NCBI GenBank assembly: GCA_027622665.1
Contig: JAQBYT010000011.1
Span: 1-64,000 of the forward strand
Direction: 5' to 3'
DNA: 64,000 nt
DNA from: Verrucomicrobiota bacterium
GTDB taxonomy: Bacteria; Verrucomicrobiota; Verrucomicrobiia; Opitutales; Seribacteraceae
A model generated the notes under the pieces. That model was given only the letters and a program-made list of their open reading frames with translations. It did no database searches and was not told the DNA's origin. Positions 29,101 to 38,766 of the stretch are shown piece after piece. Position 1 is the stretch's first letter; every line of letters starts with the position of its first letter. A program made the translations under genes and the position numbers.

Positions 29101-32035
29101 CCGACATTTCGTAGTACTGATCCTGAGTCCAACGCTCGAAGGGATGATCATGGCACTTGTTGCAACTAAAGCGCGTGGCCAGAAAGAGATGGGTGGTGTT
29201 CTCCATCGTCTCGGCGGGCTTGCGCAAAATCTTGTAATAGGATGCTGGCGGATTCGTCTTGTTTGACCCGGAAGCCGTTAAAATCTTCCGAGCAAATTCA
29301 TCGTAGGGAGTATTATCATCTACTTCCTTGCGAATCCACTCACGGAGCATCTTAGCGCCTTCGGCTCCAAGGAACTTACGGTTCACCTGCAACAGGTCGG
29401 ACCACTTGTTGGTCCAATACTCGACGAACTCGACATTACCCACAAGCTTGTCCACTACCTCATCACGCTTCTCTCGAGAAGAGCGTTCATCGGCAAGGAA
29501 AGTTAGTACGCTCTCCGGTGTTGGTGGCAAACCCGTAAGATCCAAATGCACACGTCGCAAAAAATCGACGTCCGAACAAAGCTCCGAAGGCAAAATCTTC
29601 ATCCGTTTCCACTTCGCTGCAGCGAGGCGATCGACCTCGTTGTTGGCGGCGGGTTCCTTCCATTCGAAGCCCGTACGGTCTCCCATAACGGTAAGGGTAG
29701 TGGCGGCATAGCGACCCTCGAATCGGGCAAGAATCGGGGCTTCACCTCTGCGCAACGTGGTCATGAGTCCAATCGTGTCGTGTTCGGCGATTTCCTTGTC
29801 CCCACTAGTGACGATAGCCTCGCGGGTAACATCTCGAACGGCCCCATCCGTATAAGTCGCCACCACTCGCACTTGCTGAGTGGAACCAATTTCTTGAACC
29901 ACTGGGTTCGCGGGAAGAAGATCGATCTTGTCAACCTTGGCGCTCTCGGCATCAAGCTTGGCACCGGCTCCGATCCAGTCCCGAATGATCCGGTAGTACT
30001 TGGAATCCTTCTTGGTCACGCCACCGCCTTCGTGAGGGACGATGCCAGCGGGCTTGAGCAACATCAAGCTCTTGTCGGGAGCAGCCACGTTGGTCCTGCG
30101 GGAAGCCATGTCATCGGTAAATGCGCGTAGGTCGTAGATAGCATCGTAACCCCGAAGGGAAAGCTTGAAGCCGTTTTTGCCGTCCTTCGAGCCATGGCAA
30201 GTACCTGCATTACATCCCAACTTCGAGACGACGGGATTAACGTCACGAACATAGCTAGGCACATAGGCCTTATCGAGATCGCTAACCTTAACGGGAATTT
30301 CGATTCGCTTGCCCGAGAACTCGCCAATGATTTTCCCGGCCCCATTCTTGGAAGGATGGAACAAGCCACGTTTGGAAACTTCCCCCAGCCCACCCTCGAC
30401 AGTCCACTTCGCCATGCGGGTAACGTCTGCCTCGGCACCCTCGTTGAGTTTGGCCATGAGGATGATTTGAGCATAATCGATAGCACGAGTTATTTCCACG
30501 CTCTTGGGAAAAGGCTCAAGAAGTTGTACGGAAAAACGCTTGGCCAGAGACTCGACTGCGACCAATTCAGGCTCGGTGTCGATCTTGGTCAAATTGCCCA
30601 ATCCATCAGCCTGCCCTTTCTTGGCAATGTCCACGGGAACAAACACTTTGCGAACCTCACCCGAAGCAACCGCCAGCAAGCGAATCTTGCCGTCGAAACC
30701 GGAGATTGCCAGCGTCTGTCCATCGGGAGCGCAGGCCACCGCAAAAACTCCGGTCTCCTTGACTTCGACCTTCCACATTTCCTTGCCCGAATCGATCTGA
30801 AAAGCTCGCACTTCGCCCGAACCATTCAGACTACTCCCCGCAAAACCAAGCATACCGTCTTTACTGAAACAGACCCCAAATACCCGACCCGGCATCGCTC
30901 CGAACTCCCTGATTTGGTTTGGGTTTCCGCCACCTGCAGGGGCCGCCTTAACGTCCTGTCGAAAAAGTTTCGGCTTGCCGTCGGCTCCGCCTACCAAGAG
31001 TTCATCACGCTTAGGATGGACGTCGATTGAATTTTGGCCACCGCTCAGTACACCTGGAGTATGGGTGGTGATGTTGCCGACGAAACGCTCGGTCGCAACA
31101 TCGGTTTGCTTTACGGTTTTGTCTCTACTCACCGAGAAAACCGACTTTCCGTCCATCGAGAAAACCGTGCCGCGCACCCAATCGTTGTGCCCCGCCATAT
31201 AAGTGACCTGCTTGCCCGTCGCGGATTCGATGACCCTCACCGAATTGTCGGCTCCACCAAAGGCGAGATATTTGCCGTCGGGCGACCACGATGCACCATA
31301 AAGCGTATCGAACGTCACCGACTTGGAAAGTTCCAGTGTCTTCTTTTCAAGATTCCAGATTTGGATCTCTCCCATACGGCCGGGTTGACCACCAGTCACA
31401 GCCAGCAAATTGCCATCGGGCGAAAAGGCGACCGACTCCACCCGTTCCGAAAGCCCCACAAGCCGAGAAACTATGGCTGAACCATCCGACTTGTGAATCA
31501 GAACCTCGTGAAACCCCGTCACCGCCAACAACTTGCCATCAGGGGAAAAGTCCATCGATGTCACAACTGGAGGCATGAAGTACTCGGGCGGATTCTCCAT
31601 TGTGTAAAGAGAACCGGAACCCTCGGGGGAATCATCTTTCGCTCCCTCTGCAATCCAGCGACGCAGCAACTCGATCTCCGTCTCATGCAACGGTTTGGCG
31701 TTCTTTCCCTTGGGCATCTCGTGCTCGCCTTTGTCGTTGGGCGTCACTTGCTTAACCAGATGGCTCTCGTCAGGTTTTCCCGGTACGATTGCAGTTTCAC
31801 CGCTTTCCCCTCCCTTGAGCAAGGTGGCGAAATTCGTCATCACGTACTTGCCCTTTACTTTTGCAGGCTGGTGGCAACCATTACAATTCGCCTGAAACAA
31901 AGGCCGAACATCCTGATGGAAACTCACGGGCTTGACCGAGGGCTTCTGTTCTTCCGCTCGGGCAAAACCACCCCAAACGAGAAACATGACAATAGCCATA
32001 CTTGGAAAAAAAGAATTAGAATGAAAATATTTCAT
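26147..32035 (-). CDS. Large DUF1549/DUF1553 protein with planctomycete cytochrome c, WD40 and inserted carbohydrate-binding-like modules (ORF open to 32074)
   Basis: CNGCH, WD40 repeats (FSPDG), CNAGTCHG, FLRRVHLDLTGLPP, CNKCHDHPF, VNRLWGYLFG.GI and terminal WALINTPSFLFN. Confidence 0.9.
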   Translation of the reverse strand: MKYFHSNSFFPSMAIVMFLVWGGFARAEEQKPSVKPVSFHQDVRPLFQANCNGCHQPAKVKGKYVMTNFATLLKGGESGETAIVPGKPDESHLVKQVTPNDKGEHEMPKGKNAKPLHETEIELLRRWIAEGAKDDSPEGSGSLYTMENPPEYFMPPVVTSMDFSPDGKLLAVTGFHEVLIHKSDGSAIVSRLVGLSERVESVAFSPDGNLLAVTGGQPGRMGEIQIWNLEKKTLELSKSVTFDTLYGASWSPDGKYLAFGGADNSVRVIESATGKQVTYMAGHNDWVRGTVFSMDGKSVFSVSRDKTVKQTDVATERFVGNITTHTPGVLSGGQNSIDVHPKRDELLVGGADGKPKLFRQDVKAAPAGGGNPNQIREFGAMPGRVFGVCFSKDGMLGFAGSSLNGSGEVRAFQIDSGKEMWKVEVKETGVFAVACAPDGQTLAISGFDGKIRLLAVASGEVRKVFVPVDIAKKGQADGLGNLTKIDTEPELVAVESLAKRFSVQLLEPFPKSVEITRAIDYAQIILMAKLNEGAEADVTRMAKWTVEGGLGEVSKRGLFHPSKNGAGKIIGEFSGKRIEIPVKVSDLDKAYVPSYVRDVNPVVSKLGCNAGTCHGSKDGKNGFKLSLRGYDAIYDLRAFTDDMASRRTNVAAPDKSLMLLKPAGIVPHEGGGVTKKDSKYYRIIRDWIGAGAKLDAESAKVDKIDLLPANPVVQEIGSTQQVRVVATYTDGAVRDVTREAIVTSGDKEIAEHDTIGLMTTLRRGEAPILARFEGRYAATTLTVMGDRTGFEWKEPAANNEVDRLAAAKWKRMKILPSELCSDVDFLRRVHLDLTGLPPTPESVLTFLADERSSREKRDEVVDKLVGNVEFVEYWTNKWSDLLQVNRKFLGAEGAKMLREWIRKEVDDNTPYDEFARKILTASGSNKTNPPASYYKILRKPAETMENTTHLFLATRFSCNKCHDHPFERWTQDQYYEMSAHFAQFKLAKDPAAGKGEIGKTAVERGKPLYEIISDAKTGEMKHERTGAVAAPAFPYPVKYEAKEGATRRENLAAWMTAPDNRYFAKSYVNRLWGYLFGIGIIDPIDDIRAGNPPTNPELLSYLEREFIKSGFDVRTVLKLICKSRAYQLSVGTNKWNEDDQINFSHASARRLPAETLLDAIYLVTGSKSKFPGMPQGTRAASLPDSGVRLPDGFLGTFGRPARESACECERSGGLQLGPIMALISGPTVNDAISDPSNAIAKLAKEEKDDRKLVSELFLRILNRSATDKEIDASLGLLGKDIEGDHLVLEKQMEKAQEGIKEELDAKEKARDEAIAKADEALKAYQEKVASAVKTATDARNARIKKADGALKAFDEELPAKLAVWEKDFHAGKSIWKDLDMGDVTSNIAGIKFEKQEDGSVFVGGKNGKGNYVVKASSDLANVTGVRIEAIKDKRLPKGGPGRANIDGNFVLSEIEATAGPVRDLKKWSLAKEWTFDELAEEKDWEGVHGAKTTFAEGALSITGSPVDGVLSIGKFYHSGPFVNVGFEQKVGPEGLDSFDSKQQFKHGDKEIAWMHKPEWKNGQLYAAVFSAVNGVNYLHKVITVDAPRNLQLSLGSDDGIKVFLNGKQIHANNVGRGAAPDQEKVTAKLRKGDNYLLLKIHNGAGPSGFYFRADAKTKILPAVIAEAKASKGSVAIEVVAKAKGERRAKVFWKSNANNNYEDKRSSAEVVIGKSEDWKTYRFDFTAAEDLNGLRFRPGGEVIVKSIKLYGNDAPVKLAFQNALATFSQNGYPVATAIDGKTAPTNNGWAIAPQMGKTHYASFETKQNLSFKGGTELMLTLKQEFQSGQHSLGRFRLAVTDAPRPITFGVPAEAKAIFAIEAGKRNDAQKKKLIDVFKNGDSARANLAKALADSRKPLPVDPKVQELQGMVALAQKPVPVSTRIARLRRAIDLSKGQLGKKRLIGAQDIAWALINTPSFLFNR

Positions 32036-32271
32036 GAATAAAAAACTATTGAACACATCCGATTCGACAAACAAGCAGGCAGGATGAAAATATTTTGCTT
32101 AAATATTTCTTAGCGCGCAAGGAAAACGTCATGCCTAAGCCTAATTTGTAAAACCAAGCCGTTAAGTGAAGCAACCCACGGATTGGAATGGCGCTCACCG
32201 AACTGCGTGGAGTATCCTATGGAAGTGAAGAATCCCGGATACAGTCTCCTCGCCTACTTCTTGCACTACGG

Positions 32272-33585
32272 ATGCGTTACCTGAAAGTAATTCTAGTCGG
32301 ATCCTGCGGATTGGGCATATTGTGGCTATTTATGGTGTGGCTTCTCGCACCCGACGAGGTCACGAATCAATACCTGCCCACAGCACTCCAAAAATCCGAC
32401 GAAGAGAAAAGCGTCGGCGAGATGGTAGTAAAAAAGAAAACGGACGCACCCGTGCCGACGAATCGCCACTCGGCCGAGTTGACCGGAGCAACGGACACCG
32501 CCGTAGAATCCCCGGAGGAAAAGCCCTCACCTGAACCAGCAACCGGTATTGCGGGCAACACTGGCTCCTCAAACAAACCTCATGAACCAAACGAGGAACG
32601 TAATTCAAGCTTCGAGAAAAGGAACGCAGGGCCATTCGACCAATTCAAAAACTCGATGGGGACTTGGACAACGAAGGCGGGAACAGTTCTCATTGACGAC
32701 AAACACTCGAAAACCGGGAAGCAGTGCCTACAGTTGACCGGTGGAGAGAATTCCATCGTCACACTTGAGATAGCCGGCAAGTTTCAAGTGCCTAGCGAAC
32801 TCACCTTCTTTGCAGAACGGTGGACATCTCAGTCTCCCTTTTCCTTCCGCATATCCGTAAACCGAGGGGAGGGTTGGAAAGAGATTTACGATGGCGACAA
32901 GAAAATCCGAGGCTATGGTACCGGAACCCTCGTCAAGATACCACTGAGCGTTGGCATCAAGCGATTGCAGTTCAGTTGTACGAGTCCACCGAAAACAGGT
33001 ATTCTCATCGATGATATGCGCATCGCTCCCTACCATCCCGCAAAAATCGGGAACGAACCCGATGCGGAATCTACGAAACCTCAGGAACCACCACCGGATC
33101 TAGAGGATCGAGCCACCCTTGCCCGTATCCGGGCAAATGCAATCGACGACCGAAAACTGAGATTCCGCACCGCAAACGACAAGGAACAGGTCTTGCAAGA
33201 TGGCAAACCGTTCACGGGCTGGGCAAAACACATGCGTGGAAACAGCGGAAAAGTGGAGAAACTGGGACTGTACCAAAACGGATTGAAGGACGGACCATGG
33301 GCAAAGTGGTTCGCTGGAAAACGATTCCGTGAACTGGGACTCTTTCGTCATGGGAAAAGGCATGGTCTCTACGTCACATGGTACGGTTCGGGCAAAAGGA
33401 AGGACGCCATTCACTACGAAAACGACCTAGAGCACGGTCCAGTCGCGTCTTGGTACAGTTCCGGTAAAAAGAGGAAGGAAGGTCACCACAAGCAGGGAGA
33501 AAAAGACGGAGTCTGGATCACCTACAACACCAAAGGCATAGAAGACATCCGCCAAAGATACGAAAACGGCAACCCGCTCGATTGA
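32272..33585 (+). CDS. Membrane-anchored protein with a beta-sandwich (carbohydrate-binding-like) domain and C-terminal MORN-variant/YwqK-like repeats
   Basis: N-terminal TM, low-complexity linker, GKQCLQL...LIDDMRI sandwich and repeats GxxxGxxxxWYxSGK. Start chosen at ATG 32272. Confidence 0.7.
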   Translation: MRYLKVILVGSCGLGILWLFMVWLLAPDEVTNQYLPTALQKSDEEKSVGEMVVKKKTDAPVPTNRHSAELTGATDTAVESPEEKPSPEPATGIAGNTGSSNKPHEPNEERNSSFEKRNAGPFDQFKNSMGTWTTKAGTVLIDDKHSKTGKQCLQLTGGENSIVTLEIAGKFQVPSELTFFAERWTSQSPFSFRISVNRGEGWKEIYDGDKKIRGYGTGTLVKIPLSVGIKRLQFSCTSPPKTGILIDDMRIAPYHPAKIGNEPDAESTKPQEPPPDLEDRATLARIRANAIDDRKLRFRTANDKEQVLQDGKPFTGWAKHMRGNSGKVEKLGLYQNGLKDGPWAKWFAGKRFRELGLFRHGKRHGLYVTWYGSGKRKDAIHYENDLEHGPVASWYSSGKKRKEGHHKQGEKDGVWITYNTKGIEDIRQRYENGNPLD

Positions 33586-33671
33586 CTACAACCTCCAAAA
33601 GCAGTCTTGATGGAGCACTAGTCCAACGAGAAGCTTCTCGACCCTTGGATCGATAGAGTCAATTATGGGAA

Positions 33672-35108
33672 ATGTTTCAAGTGGAGGTTAACGAAAAAAG
33701 AGAAGTTCATCCGGGGCGTCTGCTCTGTTGCATTACCATAGGTGCGGCGATTTGGCTGTCTCCTACGCCCGAAGGACTTGAAGAAAAGGCATGGCAATGC
33801 TTCGCCGTGTTCGCCGCCACCATTGTCGCCCTGCTGATCAAACCCATGCCTATGGGACCCTCGGTGCTTTGCGGGCTTGTCGTGCTGGCGGCGGGAAACG
33901 TTCTTGGCGAAACATCGAAAGAATCCCTTGCCGCCGCGCTGAGCGGCTATGGCGACACGACTACTTGGTTGGTGGTGGCGGCCTTTCTGCTGGGGAGCGC
34001 GATGGTGAGATCGGGTCTCGGACGACGCATTGCTTTGGGTCTGGCGGTGCTGCTTGGTCGAACCGTGCTCGGACTCGCGTATGCCATAGCGGCAGCCGAA
34101 TTCGTGCTCGGCACGATGATACCCTCGAACACGGCGCGAGGCGGGGGCGTAATGGCCCCGATAGTGAACTCGCTCTCGCATGCCCTCGGTTCTCGGGCCG
34201 ACCACCAACCCCGTCGAGCTGGTGAATATTTGTGCCTCTGCGGAGCGCACCTCAACTTGGTGGCGGCCGCAACCTTTCTCACGGGCATGGCCGCCAATCC
34301 TCTGATCGCCAAGGAAACGGGGATCGATTTCGATTGGGGCACTTGGTTGCTCGGCAGTATAGTACCCGCACTCGTATCCTTTCTCGTACTCCCTCTGTTC
34401 CTGTTGAAGTTGGCTCCCCCTGAGCTGACGGATGCGGGAGACGCTCGCAAGCAGGCCCGATCCGCACTCGACGAGATGGGTCCGTGGACGCGTACGGAAA
34501 AGACCATGCTCGGCGTATTCGTGCTCATGGTCGGATTGTGGGCGAGCAAGCCGCTGCATGGTCTGCACACGACCACGGTGGCCCTTACGGGCGTAGGCAT
34601 CCTGCTGGTTGCCGGAGCGGAAAAGTGGAAGGACATGAAAGGCAATGCCGCGGCTTGGGATGCCTTGATTTGGCTGGGCGGGCTCATATCGATGGCAGAT
34701 GCTTTAAGAGATCTTGGATTCATATCCTGGTTCGCCGAGGCGATGAAGGACGAGGTCGTGGGCATGGATCCGCTCGCCGCACTCTTGGCTCTGGTCCTTG
34801 TCTATTTCTACTCAATGTACGGTTTCTCCATGCTGACGGGGCACATCAAGGCGATGGTGGCGGCTTTCTTTCTGGTTGCAGTTGGAGCGGGAGCTCCGCC
34901 CATGCTGACGGTCGCCCTGCTGGCCTATTTTTCGAACCTCTGCGGTTGCCTGACCAATTACTCGACGGGACCCGTCGTCATTTATTTCGGTCTCGGTTAC
35001 GTGGAGTCGGCCCGCTGGTTTCGCATCGGCTTTCTCGTATCGCTACTCCACATCGCCATATGGTTGGGCGTCGGGCTACCGTGGTGGAAATTTCTGGGAT
35101 GGTGGTAA
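33672..35108 (+). CDS. DASS-family anion transporter (2-oxoglutarate/malate translocator-like)
   Basis: SGLGRRIA, IPSNTARGGG, FLTGMAANP, LTNYSTGP and C-terminal WWKFLG. Confidence 0.93.
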   Translation: MFQVEVNEKREVHPGRLLCCITIGAAIWLSPTPEGLEEKAWQCFAVFAATIVALLIKPMPMGPSVLCGLVVLAAGNVLGETSKESLAAALSGYGDTTTWLVVAAFLLGSAMVRSGLGRRIALGLAVLLGRTVLGLAYAIAAAEFVLGTMIPSNTARGGGVMAPIVNSLSHALGSRADHQPRRAGEYLCLCGAHLNLVAAATFLTGMAANPLIAKETGIDFDWGTWLLGSIVPALVSFLVLPLFLLKLAPPELTDAGDARKQARSALDEMGPWTRTEKTMLGVFVLMVGLWASKPLHGLHTTTVALTGVGILLVAGAEKWKDMKGNAAAWDALIWLGGLISMADALRDLGFISWFAEAMKDEVVGMDPLAALLALVLVYFYSMYGFSMLTGHIKAMVAAFFLVAVGAGAPPMLTVALLAYFSNLCGCLTNYSTGPVVIYFGLGYVESARWFRIGFLVSLLHIAIWLGVGLPWWKFLGWW

Positions 35109-35118
35109 AGCCAGCGCC

Positions 35119-35913
35119 CTAACCGATCTCGGCCTCGCCACGCAAATAAGTCACGGCAGAGCCTTCGAGCCACACTCGATCTTCCCTGATCTCGCAGACA
35201 ATCCTTCCTCCACGAGCGGAAATTTGGCGAGCCTCCATGCGGTTCTTGCCCAAACGCCCCGACCAATAGGGAGCGAGGATGCAATGAGACGAACCAGTGA
35301 CGGAATCTTCATCAACACCTGCTGAGGGAGCGAAAAAACGGGATACGAAATCCACCTTGCGACTATCTGCAGGAGCCGTAGCGATAATGCCGCGAAAGGG
35401 AAGACGACCCAAGAGACGGAAGTCGGGCTGAAGCTCTCGAACGATTTCTTCGGTATCGAAAATGCACAGACAATCCACGCCCACTCGAACCTTCGAAGGA
35501 TACCCCCCAAGCCCTTCCAACAGAAGAGGAGAAACGGAGGCGTTGCGGGTAGCACCACGAGGAAAGTCCATGCCGAGTCCGCCTCTCTCCAAGGGAGAAA
35601 CTTTCAATTCGCCCGAGCGAGAAGTAAAGATGATCTCATCGGGCGCTTCTCCACGTTCCTCATACAAGACGTGAGCGGCGGCCAAGGTCGCGTGACCGCA
35701 CAGATCCACCTCCATCTTGGGCGTAAACCACCGGATGGCCCACTTGCCTCGTTTGCCGGGCATGACGAAGGCCGTCTCGGACAGGTTGTTTTCAGCCGCT
35801 ATCCGTTGGAGACGATTCGTGCCCGGCCAAGCATCCAGCAAGCAAACGGCAGCAGGATTCCCGGAAAAAAGTGAATCCGCAAACGCGTCTACTTGATAGA
35901 ATGGCACTTTCAT
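35119..35913 (-). CDS. PhzF-family epimerase/isomerase
   Basis: QVDAF...GNPAAV, NLSETAF, EVDLCGHATLA and EDSVTGS. Confidence 0.95.
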   Translation of the reverse strand: MKVPFYQVDAFADSLFSGNPAAVCLLDAWPGTNRLQRIAAENNLSETAFVMPGKRGKWAIRWFTPKMEVDLCGHATLAAAHVLYEERGEAPDEIIFTSRSGELKVSPLERGGLGMDFPRGATRNASVSPLLLEGLGGYPSKVRVGVDCLCIFDTEEIVRELQPDFRLLGRLPFRGIIATAPADSRKVDFVSRFFAPSAGVDEDSVTGSSHCILAPYWSGRLGKNRMEARQISARGGRIVCEIREDRVWLEGSAVTYLRGEAEIG

Positions 35914-36032
35914 CGCAAGAAAACAAAAAGGTTCGCTGAAGAACGAGCAACGACATTTTGCGAAAACGGACGAGGTTTGAATCGCTGCTTCTTCGCCCGG
36001 AAAGACTGGCTAAATACAAAGGGTGCAGGGCG

Positions 36033-36764
36033 TTATTTTCGCCCGTCGACAAAAGGATCTCCCGCCTTGCTCTTACGGGATTCGGGAGCGTATAGACGAA
36101 TATTGGAAACCCGACCTGTATCGTCGAAACTGCCGAAACCGACTCGGCCCCAGTCAAATGTCTTATCGGTGGCCCGCATGATGGGCTTCTTCATGTCGTT
36201 GACGTATACCTCGATTTTCCCCGAAGCATGTTCGCGGATGAGGCGGACGTCATGCCAATCCTTGCTCCCCCACTTGTGCCCCTTGGTTGTTTCGTGAGAA
36301 ATCTTCGTCCGTGGCTTATCGTTCACGATGAAGCAGTTATGAGCATGGTTGTCGGTCACGCTGGCGATGTGGGTGTAGTAGAAATGGGAGCGATCCCGGA
36401 AATTATAGAAAATGCACATGTCGCGATGTCCGTATTCCTTGCCTGTCTGACGGAGTTGGGCCTCGAGTACAAAGTCCTTCACCTCGACGTCTGCGACCAA
36501 GGCGATGTTGTAAGGAGACCGAACCTTGTAGTCATACTTGCTATTTCCGAAGTGCTCAATGTATCCATGGTCGTCATCTTTCCCCCATTTCCATACGCGC
36601 TTGTCGGTTGCCACGAATGCATCAAGAGTTGATGGGCCCTTGAAGTCCTGAGCATAAACGAGATGGTAGCCTGCGGGAACACCCTCGGGCACGGGGGCTT
36701 TCTTCTCCGCGAGGAGAGCACATGGGAGAAGTCCTAAAAAGAGAAGAGGAAAAATGGTTTTCAT
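36033..36764 (-). CDS. Secreted hypothetical protein, probable concanavalin-A-like beta-sandwich
   Basis: Signal peptide from ATG 36764; DFVLEA, WHDVRL and GRVGFGSFDD pattern. Confidence 0.65.
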   Translation of the reverse strand: MKTIFPLLFLGLLPCALLAEKKAPVPEGVPAGYHLVYAQDFKGPSTLDAFVATDKRVWKWGKDDDHGYIEHFGNSKYDYKVRSPYNIALVADVEVKDFVLEAQLRQTGKEYGHRDMCIFYNFRDRSHFYYTHIASVTDNHAHNCFIVNDKPRTKISHETTKGHKWGSKDWHDVRLIREHASGKIEVYVNDMKKPIMRATDKTFDWGRVGFGSFDDTGRVSNIRLYAPESRKSKAGDPFVDGRK

Positions 36765-36795
36765 GGTAGGCGCGTTTGTTTTTTCGAGACAAGGA

Positions 36796-37461
36796 TCAAT
36801 GTTTGCGGCAAAACTGGATGCCGTCGGCGATAGGAAGCAAGACGCACTCGATCCGCGAGTCCACCGCCAGCTTGGCATTTAGCTCGCGGATGGCCTTGGC
36901 GCTCTCGTGGTCTGAAAGTCCCTCCAGAACGCGCCCTCCCCAGAGCATGTTGTCAAACAGAATGAGACCGTTCGGGCGGATGCGAGGCAAGATGCGCTCG
37001 TAGTAGGAGTCGTACTCGGTCTTGTCGGCATCGATGAAGGCGAAGTCAAAGGAGGCGTCGGGATCGAGTTTGTCGAGAGTTTCGATTGCAGGGCCAAGGC
37101 GAAGTTCCACCTTATCGGCAACACCGGCCAGTTCCCAGTACTTGCGGGCGATGGGGGTCCAGTCATCGTCTAAATCGAGACACAATAGTTTGCCGTCCTC
37201 CGGTAGAGCTCGGGCCACGCACAAGGCGCTGTAGCCCGTAAATGTGCCCACTTCGATTGCATTTTGCGTCCCGATAAGTTTGGCGAGAATGTATAAAAAC
37301 TGGCCCTGCTCCTCGCTGATTTGCATGCGGGCGTCCTCACCGAGGGTCGCTGTCTCCTCCCGCAGCGAGGCTAGTACGGAATCCCCTGCCCCGCTTCGCT
37401 GACGACGCATAAACTCGTAGAGGTCATCGTTTAGCGGAAGGTATTTGAGATAATCGCTCAC
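36796..37461 (-). CDS. Class I SAM-dependent O-methyltransferase (caffeoyl-CoA OMT-like)
   Basis: MQISEEQG, EVGTFTGYSAL, FDFAFIDADK and DNMLWGG. Confidence 0.95.
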   Translation of the reverse strand: MSDYLKYLPLNDDLYEFMRRQRSGAGDSVLASLREETATLGEDARMQISEEQGQFLYILAKLIGTQNAIEVGTFTGYSALCVARALPEDGKLLCLDLDDDWTPIARKYWELAGVADKVELRLGPAIETLDKLDPDASFDFAFIDADKTEYDSYYERILPRIRPNGLILFDNMLWGGRVLEGLSDHESAKAIRELNAKLAVDSRIECVLLPIADGIQFCRKH

Positions 37462-37494
37462 GAGGGCGAAACAGGTGCAACTGGATGAATGGTC

Positions 37495-38637
37495 TTAGTA
37501 GACATCACGTAAATAGCGCTTTTCCTTTTGCATCGCTTTTACGTAAGCAGCGGCACTGTCCTCGTCCATTCCACCTTCCTTGGCAGTGATGTCCTTGAGA
37601 GCTTGGTCGACGTCCTTGGCCATCCGATTGGCATCCCCGCACACATAGAAAAGAGCTCCGTCTTGAAGCCAATCCCAAAGCTGTTTGGATTTTTCCAACA
37701 TCTTATGCTGAACGTAAACTTTGTCTTGTTGGTCGCGAGACCATGCTAAGTCCAAATCGGCTAAGACACCGTCCTCCTTGTACCTGGTCCATTCGTCACC
37801 ATAGAGATAATCGGTTTTTGCGGACCGATCGCCAAAGAAGAGCCAATTGCGTCCCTTGGCACCAGTGGCAACCCGCTCTTCAACAAATGCCCGAAATGGA
37901 GCGATGCCCGTGCCGGGACCGACCATGATAATCGGGACATCGGGATCTTCAGGTAGTTTGAAATTTTTGTTAGGATGAAAATAGCAAGGTATCAAGCCGT
38001 CAACGCGCTCGGTCAAATAGGTCGAGCAAACTCCCTTGCGAGAGCGTCCCTGAGATTCGTAAGTCACTACGGCCACGGTCAAATGCACTTCATCGGGATG
38101 AGCCTTTAGGCTGGAAGCAATCGAATAAAGGCGGGGTGGCATGGCACGGAGAAAGCCGATCAAGTCATTGGCAGAAAGTTCGGCGGCAGGAAAATCAACC
38201 AACAAGTCTACAAGCTCCCTACCCCATAAGTATTCCTGCAATTGTTCCTTGTTCTCAATGGCAAGCAATCGTTCCAATTCTGAAGATTGAGCAATGGCGT
38301 TGTACTTCTTCAGTAAAATTTTGGTAATCCCGGTACATGCAAAGTCGGATACCAAGGCTTCGCGAAGAGACTTTTGCTCCTCATCAGAAACATTGACGAT
38401 TTCATCTCCCGTAAAGCCACTTCCATTCAAAAGCTCGGTCACGACGGACGGACAATTCGTGGGGATGACTCCCAACGAATCACCGGGATCATATTCTGCA
38501 TCAATACCTTCCAAAGAAATCTCAAAATGACGGGTTTCCTTACCCGAACCTTCTCCGCTCAAGTTTACGTTGATGGATAACGGGGCAAGAAAAGGATTAT
38601 CTTTGGTGAAACCACCATGCTCTGCGCTAATGCTCAT
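37495..38637 (-). CDS. CysJ-like FAD/NADPH reductase (sulfite reductase flavoprotein family) lacking the flavodoxin domain
   Basis: RLYSIASS, GVCSTYL, MVGPGTGIAPFR, YVCGDA and terminal RYLRDVY; only 380 aa. Confidence 0.9.
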   Translation of the reverse strand: MSISAEHGGFTKDNPFLAPLSINVNLSGEGSGKETRHFEISLEGIDAEYDPGDSLGVIPTNCPSVVTELLNGSGFTGDEIVNVSDEEQKSLREALVSDFACTGITKILLKKYNAIAQSSELERLLAIENKEQLQEYLWGRELVDLLVDFPAAELSANDLIGFLRAMPPRLYSIASSLKAHPDEVHLTVAVVTYESQGRSRKGVCSTYLTERVDGLIPCYFHPNKNFKLPEDPDVPIIMVGPGTGIAPFRAFVEERVATGAKGRNWLFFGDRSAKTDYLYGDEWTRYKEDGVLADLDLAWSRDQQDKVYVQHKMLEKSKQLWDWLQDGALFYVCGDANRMAKDVDQALKDITAKEGGMDEDSAAAYVKAMQKEKRYLRDVY

Positions 38638-38766
38638 AAGAACTTTTTTTTCAGTTAATAGGAAACAAACTAGATTTCGGAAAGATAACTTGGTAATGCT
38701 GGACGGCGAGGCGAAAACAGATGAAAAGAGTTTCCGTTTTCTGAATTAAATCCAATTGTATCCTTA

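Noticed and set aside
33150..33585. YwqK antitoxin of a toxin-antitoxin pair
   Set aside because: The repeats are part of a larger membrane-anchored protein and there is no adjacent toxin-like gene.
33663..34765. Long minus-strand ORFs (301 aa and 272 aa)
   Set aside because: Antisense shadows of the well-supported DASS transporter in a GC-rich stretch; no motifs.
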